64,000 nucleotides of DNA, taken from positions 14,548-78,547 of the forward strand of contig JACQWO010000025.1 of the NCBI GenBank assembly GCA_016209225.1. The letters run 5' to 3'. The number at the start of each line of letters is the position of its first letter. The stretch's first letter is position 1. Source of the DNA: Desulfobacterales bacterium (lineage in GTDB: Bacteria > Desulfobacterota > UBA8473). The translations under genes were made by a program, and so were the position numbers. Of the stretch, positions 61,426 through 64,000 are shown in pieces. Under the pieces are notes generated by a model. That model made no database searches and was not told the DNA's origin. It worked only from the letters and a program-made list of their open reading frames with translations.

Positions 61426-61886
61426 ATGAAATTCTGCTTAATATCTGCAAGGCATTCAATTCCGAAGGCGTTTCATACGTCCTTATTGGCGGATGGGCAG
61501 TAATAATTCACGGATTTCCCCGCCTTACAAACGATATAGATTTTCTGATAGACAGTTCTGAAGAGAATATATCAAAGATAAAACTCGCACTGAATAAGGT
61601 GTTTAATGATAAATCTATTGATGAAATCGGGCTGAAGGATGTCGCTGAATATTCTGTTATAAGATACGTTTCTCCTGATTGGGTAACAATAGACTTAATG
61701 GCGAAGATCGGCGAGGTTGCAGAATATAAGAGCGTAACCGGGCATATAGTTGTATTTGAGATTCTTGGGAATGAGATTCCTGTTTTAGATGTGGAGGCTT
61801 TAATTAAGCTAAAAGATACAGTCAGAGATAAAGACAAAATGGACTTGGGTTTTCTGAAAGAAAAACTCAAAAAGGGAAAAACGTAA
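61404..61886 (+). CDS. Nucleotidyltransferase-fold protein (AbiEii/NTP_transf_5-like minimal NTase)
   Basis: VLIGGWAVIIHGFPRLTNDIDFLID matches the G[GS]x9-13Dh[DE]h NTase signature. 160 aa. Confidence 0.5.
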   Translation: MADEKSIDEILLNICKAFNSEGVSYVLIGGWAVIIHGFPRLTNDIDFLIDSSEENISKIKLALNKVFNDKSIDEIGLKDVAEYSVIRYVSPDWVTIDLMAKIGEVAEYKSVTGHIVVFEILGNEIPVLDVEALIKLKDTVRDKDKMDLGFLKEKLKKGKT

Positions 61887-61928
61887 TATCAAAAGTTGAT
61901 GCAAACCCCCGAATTAAGGAGGGTGAGA

Positions 61929-64000
61929 ATGAAAATATTCAATAAAATAACCCTGCCGGGAATTTTGATTATTTTTGCAATCCTATTTCTTGCATCATGT
62001 ACGACAACACCTAAACTTAATCTTATTAAAAGCTCCGGGGTTTCCATGGAGTTAACAAAACCAGCATCTTATGTTTTTTCTGTACTTTTTTCTCCAGATG
62101 GCAAATATGCGTTATCAGGAAGTTTGGATAACAACGTCACCATTTGGGACATTAAAACAGGGAACAAAAGCAGAACTTTAAACTTACTATCTGGTGACGT
62201 TCCCGGCGTTTCCGCTCTGTCGATGTCCCATGATGGTAAATATCTGCTTGCCGGGATGAAAGGCGGCGGATGGGTCAAACTGTGGAACGTTGAAACAGGG
62301 AAAGAAATAAGGAGTCTGCCTGGGCATTCTTTTACCGAGGCAATGGAAGCGCTGGCTTTTTCTCCGGACGGCAAGTATGCAGTCACAGGAGGATCATATC
62401 TCATTAAACAGTGGAATGTGACAACAGGAAAAGAGTTGGGAACCATCGAACATGCAACTTTTTTCGAGAGGAACCAGCCTTATGCCATGGCTTTTTCCCC
62501 TGATAGAAGATATGCATTCGCCAAGGGGTTAGCTGGTTTTATCAGTCTTTGGGATATCCAGGCCAGAAAAAGGCTTTGGATCTACGGCGCAAACACCGGG
62601 CACTACCCACGGGGCGGCCTTTTTAACACTTCTGTACAATTTTCCCCTGACGGAGAATATATTCTGTCGGGGGAGGGAGAAAAACTGAAGCTCCGGGATG
62701 CCGCTTCCGGGCAAACCATCAGGACTTTTGTCGATGAAGCTTCCGGCCGAATAGATGCCGTGGCATTTTCCTCCGATGGGAAATATGCCCTTTCAGGTTC
62801 TATGGATGGAAACATAAGACTCTGGGATGTTCAGACAGGAGTAAAGTTAAAGAAATTTGCCGGGCACTCGGACGAGGTATCTTCCGTTGCTTTTTCCCCT
62901 GATGGGAAGTACGTTCTTTCCGGTGGAGACGCATCAACAAGGTTGTGGGATGCATCAACTGGTGCAGAGATAGCAACAATGATGCAATTTGACGAAAGAG
63001 AATGGCTTGTAATCACATCGGAAGGTTATTACAACTCATCTGAGAAGGGCGCACAGTATCTGAATGTTAAATTTGAGGGGAAAGACTACACTGTAGAGCA
63101 ATTTTACGACGTTTTTTACCGCCCAGACATAGTAGCAGCAAAGCTAAGGGGAGAAGACATAAGCGGTTTGATAACTATTACGATGAAAGACGCAATAAAA
63201 AGTCCACCACCTGTTGTTGAGATAAGCCCAGTCACACCATCCCCAACCTCTCCAAAGGCAAAGGTCTGCTATAACATAAAAAGCACAGGAGGAGGCATTG
63301 GAGAGATAAGGCTATTCCATAACGGAAAACTCATAGAATCAGACGGATACTACAAAGAGGCGGCAAAAACATCTGATAAGATGCAATTAGCTTCCCTTAC
63401 AAGCAATAAAATCTATGAAGATATGAGAAGCGTGAAGATTAAAGGTGTTGGTGAAATAAGCCCAATAACAAGCAAAACAAAGGGAGAGGTTTTTGAAGAC
63501 TGCAAAGAGGTGGATGCGATACACGGGGAAAACGAGATAAGTATAACAGCCTTTAACAAAGACAACACAGTGCAGGGCTACATGCAGACAGCAAAATTCA
63601 ACTCAACAATAAAACGAGAAGAACCGCATCTCTACATTCTTTCTGTAGGCATTGATAAATATAATGACAGCACCGTAACGCTCAAATATGCCACTAAAGA
63701 CGCAACCGATATCGAGCAGAAACTACTCAAGCAAACGGCTACAGTGTATAAGCCCCAGAACATTCATTATGAACTCTTGACAGATGATAAAGCCAGTAAA
63801 GGAAGCATCATCAACAAGATCAACGAGCTTTCCCGTGTTGTTAAGCCGAATGACGGTTTTATCTTCTTTGTGGCAGGTCACGGCGTGCTTCTCCAGAGCC
63901 AGTATTACATGCTTACCCATGAGTATAACGGCACGGCCAATGAAAACGCCATGATCAGCTCCAACGAGATAGTGGAGATGTCAAAAAAGATAAAGTCCTT
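61929..64000 (+). CDS. Lipoprotein with WD40 repeats and a C-terminal caspase-like (peptidase C14) domain; partial, runs off the window end
   Basis: Not in the ORF track because there is no stop in the window. MKIFNKITLPGILIIFAILFLASC is a lipobox. At least 7 WD repeats of the form FSPDGKY..SGS.D..I.LWD follow. The C-terminus HLYILSVGIDKYNDSTVTLKYATKDATD...DGFIFFVAGHGV carries the caspase H and G dyad region. Confidence 0.75.
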   Translation, partial: MKIFNKITLPGILIIFAILFLASCTTTPKLNLIKSSGVSMELTKPASYVFSVLFSPDGKYALSGSLDNNVTIWDIKTGNKSRTLNLLSGDVPGVSALSMSHDGKYLLAGMKGGGWVKLWNVETGKEIRSLPGHSFTEAMEALAFSPDGKYAVTGGSYLIKQWNVTTGKELGTIEHATFFERNQPYAMAFSPDRRYAFAKGLAGFISLWDIQARKRLWIYGANTGHYPRGGLFNTSVQFSPDGEYILSGEGEKLKLRDAASGQTIRTFVDEASGRIDAVAFSSDGKYALSGSMDGNIRLWDVQTGVKLKKFAGHSDEVSSVAFSPDGKYVLSGGDASTRLWDASTGAEIATMMQFDEREWLVITSEGYYNSSEKGAQYLNVKFEGKDYTVEQFYDVFYRPDIVAAKLRGEDISGLITITMKDAIKSPPPVVEISPVTPSPTSPKAKVCYNIKSTGGGIGEIRLFHNGKLIESDGYYKEAAKTSDKMQLASLTSNKIYEDMRSVKIKGVGEISPITSKTKGEVFEDCKEVDAIHGENEISITAFNKDNTVQGYMQTAKFNSTIKREEPHLYILSVGIDKYNDSTVTLKYATKDATDIEQKLLKQTATVYKPQNIHYELLTDDKASKGSIINKINELSRVVKPNDGFIFFVAGHGVLLQSQYYMLTHEYNGTANENAMISSNEIVEMSKKIKS

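Noticed and set aside
62069-63016. Four minus-strand ORFs with repeated YLPSGEK / TYFPSGEK segments that resemble a tandem-repeat protein
   Set aside because: They are antisense to the WD40 repeats of the lipoprotein gene 61929->. The periodicity is inherited from the sense-strand repeats.
1-64000. CRISPR array search
   Set aside because: No run of 3 or more identical 25-40-bp direct repeats with regular unique spacers is present. The only regular repeats are the heptad arrays, the 125-bp REP-like copies (kilobases apart) and protein-coding WD40 repeats.

Overview
This 64-kb window is bacterial chromosome with about 45% GC background. It comes from an anaerobe with acyl-CoA metabolism; I cannot assign the organism from sequence alone. 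Housekeeping and metabolic blocks: two 2-hydroxyacyl-CoA dehydratase (HGD-D family) subunit genes, three acyl-CoA dehydrogenases, a crotonase, a radical SAM enzyme and an MFS transporter. glnS sits next to tRNA-Gln(CUG). A metF, metV and mvhD-like block abuts a split archaeal-type glutamate-synthase-like set (two Fe-S/FMN subunits and a GATase2-GXGXG fusion), followed by a cytoplasmic GAF histidine kinase and a sigma54 response regulator. Also present are a class II fructose-bisphosphate aldolase, a PLP aminotransferase, an M16 peptidase, an amidohydrolase, a PduO-type adenosyltransferase, an EndoQ-like PHP protein, YjbQ, an HD-GYP protein and a HAMP-GGDEF-like protein. These blocks are interrupted by accessory material. 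(1) A GC-rich island (about 60% GC) at 14.46-20.6 kb begins with an IS200-like Y1 (HUH) domain fused to a DnaA-domain-IV-like HTH, then a DsbA-family gene fragment, a polysaccharide deacetylase, a DUF4015-like hydrolase and a beta-lactamase/DUF1343 fusion. (2) An RM-like island at 22.9-27.5 kb carries a second Y1/DnaA-IV gene, an apparently frameshifted HNH endonuclease and an 886-aa tandem two-domain DNA methyltransferase; it is flanked by diverged copies of a sigma54-activator 3' segment. (3) A toxin-antitoxin cluster at 44.8-48.0 kb (hicBA, IS1182 remnant, mazEF, parDE-like) is punctuated by a roughly 125-bp highly structured REP-like repeat. Four full copies and one truncated inverted copy occur in the window, and the divergent copy shows compensatory stem changes. 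(4) Several intergenic elements are built from 7-nt periodic tandem repeats with inverted termini. (5) A roughly 110-nt promoter/leader-like block is duplicated at 5.2 kb and 51.3 kb. (6) The window ends in a second TA/defence-like patch: VapB, a VapC PIN gene split by a frameshift in an A-run, an NTase-fold gene, and a WD40-caspase lipoprotein gene running off the window end. No rRNA, CRISPR array or reverse transcriptase was seen. Hand-derived coordinates may be off by 1-2 nt; coordinates taken from the ORF track are exact.
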